Part shown: piece after piece, positions 12,851-30,141 of the stretch
Numbering within the stretch: the stretch's first letter is position 1
How the letters are laid out: each line of letters begins with the position of its first letter
Assembly (NCBI RefSeq): GCF_009914755.1
Contig: NC_060947.1
Origin: the human T2T-CHM13v2.0 reference genome, Homo sapiens
DNA length: 64,000 nt
Reading direction: 5' to 3' (one strand)
Program-made: the position numbers and the translations under genes
The notes under the pieces: model-generated
What the model was told of the DNA's origin: nothing
The model's input: only the letters and a program-made list of their open reading frames with translations
Database searches by the model: none

Positions 12851-13857
12851 AGATGGCCGAATAGGAACAGCTCCAGTCTACAGCTCCCAGCATGAGCGAT
12901 GCAGAAGATGGGTGATTTCTACATTTCCAACTGAGGTACTGGGTTCATCTCACTGGGGAGTGTCAGTCAGAGGGTGCAGTACAGTGGGTGCAGCTCACCC
13001 TGCGTGAGCCAAAGCAGGGTGAGGCATCCCCTCACCCGGGAAGAGCAAGGGGTCGGGGAATTCCCTTTCATAGTTAAAGAAAGGGGTGACAAATGGCACC
13101 TGGAAAATCGGGTCACCCCCACCCTAATACTGCGCTTTTCCAATGGGCTTAAAAAACGGCACCCCAGCAGATTATATCCCACACCTGGCTTGGAGGGTCC
13201 TATGCCCACGGAGCCTCTCTCATTGCTAGCACAGCAGTCTGAGATCAAACTGCAAGGCGGCAGCGAGGCTGGGGGAGGGGCACCTGCCATTGCTCAGGCT
13301 TGAGTAGGTAAACAAAGCAGCCAGGAAGCTCGAACTGGGTGGAGCCCACCACAGCTCAAGGAGGCCTGCCTCTGTAGGATCCACCTCTAGGGGCAGGGCA
13401 CAAACAAAAGACAGCAATAACCTCTGCAGACTTAAATGTCCCTGTCTGACAGCTTTGAAGACAGTAGTGGTTCTCCCAGCATGCAGCTTGAGATCTGAAA
13501 ATGGACAGACTGCCTCCTCAAGTGGGTCCCTGACCCCCGAGTAGCCTAACTGGGAGGCACCGCCCAGTAGGGGCAGACTGACAACTCACACGGCCCGGTA
13601 CCCCTCTGAGACAAAACTTCCAGAGGAACAATCAGGCAGCAGCATTTGCGGTTCACAAATATCCGCTGTTCTGCAGCCACCGCTGCTGATACCCAAGCAA
13701 ACAGGGTCTGGAGTGGACCTCCAGAAAACTCCAACAGACCTGCAGCTGAGGGCCCTGACTGTTAGAAGGAAAACTAACAAACAGAAAGGACATCCACACC
13801 AAAAACTCATCTGTACGTCACCATCATCAAAGACCAAAGGTAGATAAAACCACAAAG
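12851..13857 (+). promoter_or_regulatory. L1 5'UTR with internal sense and antisense promoters; retains the 129-bp segment (13601-13729) absent from L1HS
   Basis: L1PA 5'UTR homology; partial YY1 core AGATGGCCG at the 5' end. Confidence 0.75.
12967..13290 (-). CDS. L1 antisense ORF0, open, 107 aa (C-terminally extended)
   Basis: MAGAPPPASLPPCSLISDCCASN...RVGVTRFSRC matches primate L1 ORF0; start context gcaATGg; expression not shown by sequence. Confidence 0.6.
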   Translation of the reverse strand: MAGAPPPASLPPCSLISDCCASNERGSVGIGPSKPGVGYNLLGCRFLSPLEKRSIRVGVTRFSRCHLSPLSLTMKGNSPTPCSSRVRGCLTLLWLTQGELHPLYCTL

Positions 13858-14858
13858 ATGGGGAAAAACCATAGCAGAAAAACTGGAAACTCTAAAATCA
13901 GAGCGCCTCTTCTCCTCCAAAGGAATGCAGCTACTCACCAGCAATGGAACAAAGCTGGACGGAGTTGAGAGAGGAAGGCTTCAGAAGATCAAACTACTCT
14001 GAGCTAAGGGAGGAAGTTTGAACCAAAGGCAAAGGAGTTAAAAACTTTGAAAAAAAATTACATGAACGGATAACTAGAATAACCAATGCAGAGAAGTCCT
14101 TAAAGGACCTGATGGAGCTGAAAACCACTGCACGAGAACTATGTGACGAATGCACAAGCCTCAGTAACCTATGCGATCAACTGGAAGAAAGGGTATCAGC
14201 GATGGAAGATGAAATGTATGAAATGAAGCGTGAAGTGAAGTTTAGAGAAAAAATAATAAAAAGAAATGAACAAAGCCTCCAAGTAATATGGGACTATGTG
14301 AAAAGACCAAATCTACATCTGATTGGTGTACCTGAAAGTGACGGGGACAATGGAACCAAGGTGAAAAACACTCTGCAGGATATTATCCAGGAGAACTTCC
14401 TCAATCTAGCAAGGCAGGCCAACATTCAAATTCAGGAAATACAGAGAACACCACAAAGATACTCCTCGAGAAGAGCAACTCCAAGACACATAATTGTCAG
14501 ATTCACCAAAGTTGAAATGAAGGAAAAAATGTTAAGGGCAGCCAGAGATAAAGGTCGGGCTACCCACAAAGGGAAGGCCATCAGACTAACAGCTGACCTC
14601 TTGGCAGAAACTCTACAAGCCAGAAGAGAGTGGGGGCCAATATTCCACATTCTTAAAGAAAATAATTTTCAACCCAGAATTTCATATCCAGCCAAACTAA
14701 GCTTCATAAGTGAAGGATAAATAAAATACTTTACAGACAAGCAAATGCTGAGAGATTTTGTCAACACCAGGCCTGCCCTAAAAGTGCTCCTGAAGGAAGC
14801 ACTAAACATGGAAAGGAACAACCGGTACCAGCCACTGGAAAAACATGCCAAATTGAAA
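13858..14858 (+). pseudogene. L1PA4 ORF1p remnant
   Basis: ATG at 13858; 202-aa open stretch 14112-14720 (RRATPRHIIVRFTKVEMKEK); premature stops. Confidence 0.9.
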
Positions 14859-14921
14859 AGACCATCAAGGCTAGGAAGAAACTGCATCAACTAATGAGCA
14901 AAATAACCAGCTAACATCATA

Positions 14922-18768
<3,847 letters not shown>

Positions 18769-20233
18769 ACAATAACACATGGACACAGGAAGGGGAACAG
18801 AACACACCAGGGACTGTTGTGGGGTTGGGGGAGGTGGGGAGGGATAGCATTAGGTGGTATATCTAATGCTAAATGACGAGTTAATGGGTGCAGCACACCA
18901 ACATGGCACATGTATACATATGTAACAAACCTGCACGTTGTGCACATGTACCCTAAAACTTAAAGTATAATAATAATAAAAAAGTTTGACTAGAATAGCA
19001 TGGAATCTGTGATTGCTTTGGGTAGTATGGCCATTTTAACGATATTAATTCTTCCAATCTCTGAGTTGGAATATGTTTTCCATTTTTTTTTTGTTATCTA
19101 TAATTTCTTTCAACGGTGTTTTGTAGTTTTCCTTGTAGAGATATTTCACCTTATTGTTTACAGGTACTCCTAGGTCCTTTTTTTTTTCAGATACAGCAAA
19201 TGAAATTGCATTCTTGATTTGGATCTCACCTTGAATGTTATTGAGGTATAGAAATGATACTCATATTTGTACATTGATTTTTTATTCTGAAACTTTATTG
19301 AACTAATTTATCAAATCTGGGAGTTTTTTTGAGGAATCTTTTGGGTATTCTACATCTACAATAGTATCAAAAATGAGCAGAGATAATATGACTTCCCCTT
19401 TTAATATTTAAATTCCTTTTATTTTTCTCTCTTGCCTGATTACTCTTGCTAGCACTTTCAGTACTGTGTTGAATAGGAGTGGTAACAGAGGACAAACTTG
19501 TGTTGTTACAGTTTTTAGAGGAAATGCTTCCAACTGTTGCCCATTCAGTATGATGTTTGTTTTGTGTTTCTTATAAATGGCTGCTATTATTTTTAGGTTT
19601 GTTCCTTCAATGTCTAGCTTTTTTAGGGTTTTGTTATGAAGTGGGGTTGAATTTTACCAAATGATTGTTCTGCTTCTATTGAGATGATAATATGGTTTTT
19701 GCTTTTAATTTTGTTTATGTGATAACAGAAAATTATTGATTTGCCTACGTTGAACCATCCTTGCATCCCAGGAATAAAGCCCACTAGATTGTGTTGAATG
19801 ATGGACTGTTGAATGTGGTTTGCTAGAATTTTGTTGAGGACTTTTTCAACTATGTTTTTCAGGGATATTAGCCTGTAGTTCTCTTTTTTTGTTGTGTCCT
19901 CGCCAGATTTTGGTATGAGGATTGGTATCAGGATTACACTGCCTCCAATGAATGAGATAGGAAAGAAACCCTACCCCTAATTTTTTGGAAGCTTCATTAA
20001 GATTGGTACCAGCTCTTCTTTGTACATCTGGTAGAATTTGACTCACCATTTATCTGGTGCAGGGCTATATTCTTTTGGTAGGACATTTTTAAATTACTGA
20101 TTCAACTTATTAACTCATTTTTGGTCTCTTAACGGTTTCAGTTTATTCCTAGTTCAGTTTTGGAAGTTTGTCTGTTTCCAGGAATTTATCCATTTCCTCT
20201 CAATTTTTTTCTTTGTGTTTTTGGAGGTATTAA

Positions 20234-20357
20234 TCCATTTAAGCCTGAGGCTGCAATTTTTTTAAGTTTTGCAATCATACTTTGGTGACGACCTTGAGCA
20301 GTAGGATATAAATAACTCCCACATGCTTATTGTTCCAATAATGGGCCACTAGGCATA
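20234..20357 (-). mobile_element. MER85 (non-autonomous piggyBac/PGBD3 MITE), one terminal inverted repeat clipped
   Basis: TTAA at 20230-20233, then tccatttaagcctgagg...gaccttgagcagtaggatataaataactcccacatgctta...cactaggcata. Confidence 0.88.
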
Positions 20358-20532
20358 CTTGCAATCTCTGAGGATCTTTTGTATTTCTTTGGTATCAGTT
20401 GTAATGTCAACTTTATCATTTTTAATTTTGCTTATTTTTATCTCTCTCTCTTTGTTAATTTAGCCAATAGTCTCTCAATCTTTTATATCTTTTCAAACAA
20501 TGAACTTTCCAATTTGTTGATTTTCTATATCT

Positions 20533-20803
20533 ATTTTTGTTTTATTTTATGTTCTGGGGTACATGTGTAGGGTATGCAGGTTTGTTACATAAGTAAATGT
20601 GTGCCATGGTGGTTTGCTGCACCTACCAACCTCAGTATTGATAAGTAAGTATAAACCTATCACCTAAGTATTAAGCCTAGCATACATTAGCTGTTTTTCC
20701 TGTTGCTCTACCTTCACCCACACCCCCTGACAGGCCCCAGTGTGTGTTGTTCTCCTCCTTATGTCCATGTGTTCTCATTGGTCAGCTCCCACTTATGAGT
20801 GAG
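20533..20803 (-). mobile_element. Short 5'-truncated L1PA (PA8-10-like) 3'UTR
   Basis: Antisense 3'UTR flanked by TSD-like ttgttgattttt(c/t)tata. Confidence 0.8.
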
Positions 20804-23800
20804 ATTGTTGATTTTTTATAGTTATTTGATTACAATTTTATTTCTTCCTGCTTTGATCATAACTATTTCTTCTATTCAGCTAGTGTTTGATTTAGCTTGT
20901 TCTCATTTGTCTAGTTCCTTCATTGTGACCTTAGGTTATTAATTTGGGATATTTCCCTTTTAGATGTAGTTCTTTGGTGCTATAAACTTTTCTCTTAACA
21001 CTGCTTTTGTTATATCCCAGAGGTTTTCATATGTCGTATTTCTATTTTCAATTGTTTCAAATAACTTTTTGATTTCTGCCTTAATTTTGTTTACCCAAAA
21101 TTCATTCAGGAATAAGTTGGTTAGTTTCCATATATTTATGTAATTTTCATAACTCCTTTTGGTATTGATTTCTATTGTTATTCCACTCTGGTACAACAAG
21201 ATGCTTTGCATGATTTTGATTTTTTGAATGTATTTATGATCACCTTATGACCAAGAATGTTGTCAAACTGCTCTGTGTGCAGATGGGAATAATGTATATT
21301 CTGTGGTTGTTAGGTGGAATGTTATTTAGATCAATATCAGGTCCATTTGGTCAAATATTCTATTTAAGTCCAAAATTTTTTTGTTCATTTTCTGCCTTGA
21401 TGATCTGTCTAAAGCTGTCAGTGGTGTGTTGAAGTCTACCACTATTATTTTACAGCTGTTTCTTTTTTTATGTCTAGTAGCAATTGTTGTATAAAGCTGG
21501 GTGCTCCAACATTGAATGTATACATATTTAGGATAGTTATATCTTCTTGTTGCACTGAACACTTTATTATTATGTAATGCCCTTCTTTGTCCCTTTTTGT
21601 TATTGTTGGTTTAATGTCTATTTTATCTGATACACAAATAGCGTGCCCTTCTACTTTTGTGTGTGTGTTTTCCATTTGCATGATGTATCTTCCTCTCTCC
21701 CTTTATTTTGAGTCTATGTGTGTCACTATATGTGAAGTGGGTCTTTTGAAGGCAGCAGAATGTTTGGTCTTGCTTTGTTATCTAATTTGCTACTCTTTAT
21801 CTTTTAAGTGAAGTATTTAGGTTGTTTACATTTAAGATTAATATTTATATGTGATGTTTCATTTCTGTTATTTTGTTGTTTTCTAATTGTTTTGTAGATT
21901 CCATTTTGTAGTTGCATTATAAGGTGTTTGGGCTTTCTACTTACATGTGCTTTTATCATAGGGAGTACCATCCTTTTATTTCCATATTTAGAAGTCCTTT
22001 AAACATTTATTGTAGATCCAATCTGGTGGTGATGAATTTCCTTATTGTTTTCTTGTATGTGAAAGACTTTATTTATCCTTCATTTATGAAGCTTAATTTG
22101 GCCGGAAGTGAAATTCTTGTTGGAATTTTTTAAAGCTAAAAATGAGTCTCCAATCTCTTCATGTTTGTAAGGATCCTGCTGAGAAATCTACTGACAGTCT
22201 GATGGGATTTTATTTATAGGTAATTTGATCTTTTTTTCTCACTGCATATATGATATATATATATTTTTTCACATTGACCTGGGATAGTGTGAGGACTACA
22301 TGCTTTGGGGATGGTCATATTTTATAGTATCTTGAAGGATTTATCTACATTTCTTGTATTTTGATGTCAACCTCTCTAGCAAGATTCGGAAATTTTTCTG
22401 AATTATACCTTCAAATATATTTTCCATGTTGCTTGCTTTTTTTTTTCTTCTCTGTCAGGAATTTCAAAAAGTTGTAGGTTTGGTCACTTTACATAGTTCC
22501 ATATGTTTTAAATACTGTGTTTATTTTAAAAAAAATTATTCATTTTTATCTGACTGAATTAATACAAAATACCAGTCTTTGAGCTCTTGAATTATTTCTT
22601 CTCTTTGGTCCAATCTATTGTTAAGGCTTCTACCTGTAGGTTTGCAATTACTGTAGTAATTTTTTTTTAATTCCAGAAGTTCTATTTGGTTCTTCAGGCC
22701 ATGGTAGGCAACTCTGCAGTCTGTTCTCTGTTGCTGGGGTGTTGCTCCTCTATGTAGAGATGAAGATTTGGGCCATGCCCTTCTTTTGGTTTTGATGCTA
22801 CTGTTAATAGGATTGTTTGTTTAATAACCTTCTTGGAAAGTCCACCTGTTTTTAGTGTATAGAAATGCAACTGATTCTATAGGCTGATTTTGTATCTTGT
22901 TATTTTACTGAGTTCATTTACTACTTCTAACTGCTTTTTAATGGAGTCTTTAGGATGCTCCATATGAAAGGTCTTATCACCTGAAAACAGATAATTTCAT
23001 TTCTTTCTTTCCAATAAAGATGTCATCAGTTTGTTTTTCGTCTGAGTGCTCTTGCTAAGACTTCTATGTTCAATAGAAGTGACAGAAGTGAGCATCCCTG
23101 TCTTTTCCCTTACCTTAAATAAAAACTTTCAGTTTTTCTTTGCTGGGGATTATATTCACTATGGGTTTTTCATATGTGGCTTTTGTTATGGTGAAGTAAA
23201 TTTAGTTTATTCCTAGTGTTTTGAATATTTTTATCATGAAAGTGTGTTAAATTTTGTCAAATGCTTGCTCATTTTCTATTGATATTATCAGATAATTTTA
23301 TCCTTCATTCTGTTAATGCAGTATATCACACTTATTGATTTGCATGTTGAAGCTTTCTTGCATGCCAAGTATAAATCCCACCTGATGCAACTATTTGTTG
23401 CATCCTGGTAATGGTGGGTTGAAGTCATGTCTCAGAGGTCTGGGAGTTGGGTGAAGAAAAGTGGCAACACATCCCTGGTATTGTTGGGTAACAGCCAAAA
23501 TTCAGGCCCCAAGGATGGGTTGCAGGGCAGGGCAGTGCAGCTCCAGTCTTGAAGATGGTGAGAAGCTATGGCATTTTGATTCCTGCATGGAGAGCACAGT
23601 GGTGACTCCGGCCTCTGGGGCCATGGATCAGCCCTGTGAGAGCTCTAACCCTGAGCAGGGGACACAGTGGTGGCTCCTTCTCTGTTGGGGAACACTGCAG
23701 CATGGATTCTGGGAAGTTGTCAGCTGGGCATAGCACTATGAAAACTTCAGGGATCCCTGCTGGCTAAAGCTGCAGGTAACTGTGATGGTGAACAGGACTG

Positions 23801-25529
23801 CTGATGTCCTCTCGTACTTCCCTCCCCTTCCCAAAAGTGGAAAATCCCATTGAGGGGATCACTCTTAGTTACAGTCTGCTCTGGAGTAGGAGATGGGCTG
23901 ATGTTGATAAAAATTTTTCTACTCTTTTCTACATGACCATCCTCTATTCTTGTACTTCACAGGGTTCCTGCTGTTTCCTTGTTGCCTGGAGTGTTCTGAG
24001 AACGACTTTACTTGATTTATAGTCACTTATTGTTTTTGTTGTTTTTGGTAAACAAGTATAAGGACTTTTCATTCTGCTCTATTGCTAATGTACTCTACAA
24101 AAAAAATTATTCAACTCATGTGTAATAAATGATTACCATGTAACAGACACTATACTGGGTCATAAGAAAGGTGACATTCTAGCCCTAAGAACAATATGTA
24201 AAAAGAATCACATTGCTATGTATAAGAAACTGAAAGATGACCAATGTGACTGGAGCTCAGTGAGTGAAAGGAAAAGTGAAGTGAAATTTGTCTCATAAAG
24301 TGTATGGGTAGATAAGTGAAAATGGTAAGTCAATTTTGCACTTTCAACTTAGGTATCCAGGTTCTCACATTGGGGCTGATTAGGTTGATGGCTCAGCCCA
24401 CGGAAAGTGAAGAAAAGCAAGGTGAGGCAATGGCCAACCCTGGAGCGGCATGGAACCATGGGAGCCCCCATCCCCAGCCAAGGGAAATGGTGAGTGATTC
24501 TGAGGTCCAGCTTGGGAAACCATGTTTTTCCCATGGATCTTTGTGACCTGCCGACCAGGAGATCCCCTCGTGAGCCCACGCCACCAGGGCCTTGGGTTTG
24601 AAGCACAAAACCGTGCAGAATCTCAGAAAAGCAGCCACTCAGGCACACACAGAGACCCAGGAGTTTTGCATAGTCTGGCTCAGGGAATTCTGGCTACGTG
24701 GGGGATATATCTATGCATTCCCCTAGTAAGGGGGCTGAAGCCAGGGAGCCACACAGTGTGTTGTTATGCAGGCCCCACTCCCATGGCACTTCACAAATTA
24801 AAAGACCCACTGGCTTAGAATTTCAGCTGGCCAGTGGCAGCAGGCTGGAGACTGCCTGAGACCAATTGAGTTCTTAGGGGTAAGGGAAGCCACCTTCTCT
24901 GCAGTTTGAGTTGGCCATTCTAGCCTTCTGGGTCCAGGGAGTCCAAGAAGTCTAGACCAGAATCCTGATATCTCCCTGGGATGGAGCCCCTACGTGCAGG
25001 GGCAGCTGCAATCTCTGTGATTTAGCTGACTTAGTCTTTCTAGCCTGCTGGCTCTAGACAGTCCAGGCAGTCTGAATGAGGGCGATTTCCTCCAGTGCAG
25101 TGTACCCACTCTGCCAAGGGACAGCCAGACTGCTTCTTTGAGTGGGTCCTTGATCCCATTCTTTCAGACTGGGTGAGATCTCCCAACAGGGGTCTCCAGA
25201 CACCACCTACAGGAGCATTAGAGCCAGCATCAGGTGGGTGCTCCTCTGGGACAGAGCTCCCAGAGAAAGAAGCATGCTGCCATCTCTGCTGTTTTGTAGC
25301 CTTCACTAGTGATATTTCCAGGTGTGGGAGGGACTGAGGGACTGAGGTAATGAGGGTCTGGAATGGACCCCCAGAAAAATCACAGCAGCCCTACATAAGA
25401 GTGGCCTAAGTGTGAAAAGAAAAACAAACAGAAAGCAACAACAACATCAACATGAACAAAAAAGACCCCACAAAAACCCCATTTAAAGGTCAGCAACCAC
25501 AAAGATCAAAGGTAGATAAGCCCACAAAA

Positions 25530-26567
25530 ATGAGAAAGAATCAATGCAAAAATGCTGAAAACTCAAAAATCCAGAGACTCTTCTTTTCCAAATGACAACA
25601 ACACCTCTCCAGCAAAGGCACAGAATTTGGTTGAAGCTAAGGTGGCTATATTGACAGAAGTAGGCTTTAGAAAATGGGTGATAACAACCTTCGCTGAGCT
25701 AAAGTAGCATGTCTTAACTCAATGCAAAGAAACTAAGAATCATGATAAAATGATACAGGAGCTGATAACCAGAATATTCAGTTTAGAGAGGAGAATAACT
25801 GAACTGAGGGAGCTGAAAAACACAACCTGAGAACGTCACAGTACAATTACAATATCCATAGCAGAATAGAGCAAGCAGAGGAAAGAATCCCAGAGCTTGA
25901 AGACTATCTTTCTGAAATAAGTCAGGTAGACAAGAATAGAAAAATATTAGAAAAGAATGAACAAAACCTCTGAGAAATATGGCATTATTTAAAAAGACTG
26001 AGCCTACAACTGAATGGGGTACTTGAAAAAGATGAGGAGCATGGAACCAATTTGGGAAACATACTTCAGAATATTATCCAGGAGAAATTCCCCAACCTAG
26101 CAAGACAGGCCAATGTTCAATTTCAGGAAACTTAGAGAACCCCAGTAAGATACTCCATGAGAAGATCAACCACAAGACAAACAATCATCACATTCTCTAT
26201 GGTCAAAATGAAAGAAAAAATGTTAAAGGGAGCCAGAGAGAAAGGCCATTTCACTTACAAAGGGAAGCCCATCAGACTAACAGTGGATCTCTCAGTGGAA
26301 ATCCTACAAGCCAAAAGATATTGGGGCCCAATATTCAATATTCTTAAAGAAAAAAAAATTAAACATAGAATTTCTTATCCTGCCATATTAAGCTTTATAA
26401 GTGAAGGAGAAATAAGATCTTTTTCAGACATGAAAGTGCATAGGGAATTCGTCACTACCAAGCCTGCTTTGCAAAAGCTCCTGAAAGAAACACTAAATAT
26501 GGAAAGGAAAAACCATTACCTGCCACTACAGAAACACACTGAAGTACAACAACCAGGAACACTATGA
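25530..26567 (+). pseudogene. L1 ORF1p remnant
   Basis: 136-aa fragment (YKGKPIRLTVDLS, RISYPAILSFISEGEI). Confidence 0.85.
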
Positions 26568-26611
26568 AGCAACCACATAAACAAGTCTAAAAATAACCAG
26601 CTAGCATCAGA

Positions 26612-29600
26612 ATGACAGGATCAAATTCACACATAACAATATTAACCTTAAATTTAAATGTGCTAAATGCCCCAATTATAAAACACAAAATGGCAAGCTG
26701 GAAAAATAGTCAAGACCTATTAGCATTCTGTCTTCAGGAGACCCATCTCACATGCAAAGACACACTTAGGCTAAAATAAAGAGATGTGGAAAAATTGACC
26801 AAGCAAATGGAAGACAGAAAAAAGCAGGGTCAAAGCCCTAGTTTTTGACAAAACAGACTTTAAACCAACAAAGATCAAAAGAGACAAAGAAGGGCATTAC
26901 ATAAAGGTAAGGGGTTCAATTCAACAAGAAGAGCTAACTATCCTAAATATATATGCACCCAATACAGGAGCACCCAGATTCATAAAGCAAGTTCTTAGAG
27001 ACCTACAAAGAGACTTAGGCTCCTGCATACTAATGGTAGGAGACTTTAACACTCCACTGACAATATTAGACAGATCATCGAGACAGAAAATTAAAAAGAT
27101 ATTCAGGACCTGAACTCAGCTCTGGATCAAGTGGATCTGATAGATATCTACAGAACTCTCCAACCAAAAACAACAGAATATACATTCTTCTGATCACCAC
27201 ATGACACTTACTCTAAAATAGAACATATAATCAGAAATAAAACAGTCCTCAGCAAATGCAAAATAATTGAAATTATAATAGTCTATCAGACCACAGCACA
27301 ATCAAATTAGAACTCAAGATTAAGAAACTCACTCAAAACCACACAACTACATGGAAATTGAGCAACCTGCTTCTGAATGACTCCTTGGTGCATAATGAAA
27401 TTAAGGCAGAAATAAAGAAGTTATTTGAAATAAATGAGAACAAAGAAACAATACACCAGAATCTCTGAAAGGCAGCTAAAGCAGTGTTAAGAGAAAAACT
27501 TATAGTACTGAATGCCCACATCAAAAAGCTAGAAAAATATCAAATCGACAACTCAACATCACAACTACAATAACTAGAGAACCAAGAGCAAACTAGCCCC
27601 AAAGCTAGCAGAAGAAAAGAAATAACAAAATCAGAGCTGAACTGAAGGAGAAAGAGACGTGAAAAACCCTTCAAGAAATCAATGGGGAGCTGTTTTCTTT
27701 TCAAAAAATTAATAAAATAAATAGACCTGTAGCTAGACAAATAAAGAAGAAAAGATGTAAGGATCACCTTGACACAATCTGAAATGATAAGGAGGATATC
27801 ACCACAGATCCCACAGAAATACAAATAAGCATTAGAGAATACTATAAACAAACACCTCAATGCACATAAACTATAAAACCTAGAATAAGTTGATAAATTC
27901 CTGGACATATACACCCTCCCAAGACTGAACCAGGAGTAAATTGAATCTCTGAATAGAGCAGTAATGAGATCTAAAATTGAGGCAGTAATAAAGTGCCTAC
28001 CAAACAATAAATGCCCAACACCAGATGGATTTACAGCTGAATTCTGCCTGAGGTGAAAAAAAGAGCTGTTATCATTTCTACTGAAACTATTCCAAACAAT
28101 TAAAAAGGGCAGACTCCTTCCTAACTCATTTTTATGAGGCCAATGTCATCCTAAAACCAAAACCTGGAAGAGATGCAACAAAAAAGAAGACTTTAGGCCA
28201 ATATACCTGATGAACATTGATGCAAAAATCCTCGATAAAATACGGGAAAATCAAATCCAGCAGCACATCCAAAAGCTTATCCACTGTGATCAACTTGGCT
28301 TCATCCCTGGGATGCAAGGTTGGTTCAACATATGCAAATGAATAAATTTAATTCATCACATAAACAGAACTAAAGACAAAAAAAACCACATGATTATCTC
28401 AATAGATGCAGAAAAGGCCTTTAATAAAATACAACATCTCTTCATGTTAAAAACTCTCAGTAAACTAGGTATTGATAGAACATCCTGCAAAATAATTAGA
28501 AGCATATATGACAAACCCACAGCAAATATTAAACTGAATGGGCAAAGCTGGAAGCATTCCCCTTGAAAACCGGCAGAAGACAAGGATGCCCTCTCTCACC
28601 ACTCCAGTTCAACATAATATTGGAAGTTTTGGCCAGGACAATTGGGCAAGAGAAGAAAATAAAGGGTATTCAAATAGGAAGAGTAAAAGTCAAATTATCC
28701 TTGTTTGCAGGTGGCATTTTCCTGTATCTAGAAAAACTTATTGTCTCAGCTCAAAAGCTTCCTAAGCTAATAAGCAAATTCAATAAAGTCTCAGGATAAA
28801 AAAATCAATGTGCAAAAATTGCTAGTATTCCTATACATCAAAACAGGCAAGCAGACAGCCAAAGTATGAATGAACTCCCATTCACAACTGCTACAAAGAG
28901 AATAAAATACCTAAGAATACAACTAACAAGCTAAGTGAAGGACCTCTTCATGGAGAACTACAAACCACTGCTCAACCATGTCAGTGAGGACACACACAAA
29001 TAGAAAATCATTCTATGCTCATGGATAGAAAGAATCAATATAGTGAAAATGGCCATACTTCCCAAAGTAACTTAGAGGTTTAATGCTATTTCCATTAAAT
29101 TACCACTGACATTCTTCACAGAATTAAAAAAAACTATTTTAAAATTCATATGGAACTAAAAAACAGCTCTTGTAGCAAAGATAATCCTAAGCAAAAAGAA
29201 CAAAGCTAGAGGCATCATGCTACCTGACTTCAAACTATACTACAAGGCTACAGTAACCAAAACAGTATGGTAATGGTACAAAAACAGACACACAGACCAA
29301 TGGAACAGAATACAGAACTCAGAAATAAGACCACACATCAACAACCATCTGATTTTTGGCACACCTGACAAAAACAAGCAATGGGGAATGAATTCTCTAC
29401 TTAATAAATGGTGCTGGGAGAACTGGCTAGCCACATGCAGAAAATTGAAACTGGACCCTTTCCTTACACTTTATACAAAAATTAACTCAAGATGCATTAA
29501 AGACTTAAATGTAAAATGTAAAACCCAAAACTATAAAAACCCTAAAAGAAAATCTAAGCAATACCATTCAGGACATAGGCACAGACAAAGATTTCATGAC

Positions 29601-30141
29601 GAAAATCCAAAAGCAATCGGAACAAAAGCAAAAATTGATAATGAGATCTAATTAAACTATGGAGCTTCTGCACAGCCAAAGAAACTATCACTAGCAAGGT
29701 GGCAAGGTTGTGTAGAAAAAGGAACACTTTTACACTCTTGGTGGTAGTGCAAATTAGTTCAACCATTGTGGAAGACAGTGTGGTGATTTCTCAAAAGTCT
29801 AGAAGCAGAAATACCATTTGACCCAGCAATCTCATTACTGTGTATATACCCAAAGAAATATAAATAATTTATTATAAAGATACATGCACACATATGATCA
29901 TTGTAGCATATTTACAATAGCAATAACATGATATCAACACAAATGCACATAAATGATAGACTTGATAAAGAAAATATGGTACATATACACCATGGAATAC
30001 TATGCAGCCATAAAAAGAAATGAGATGTCGTTCTTTACAGGGACTTGGATGGACCTGGAAGCCATTATCCTCAGCAAACTAACTCAGGAACAGAAAACCA
30101 AACACCAAATCTTCTCACTTATAAGCGGGGCTGAACAATGA
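26612..30141 (+). pseudogene. L1 ORF2p remnant
   Basis: Fragments [36 protein letters not shown]; many disablements. Confidence 0.85.
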
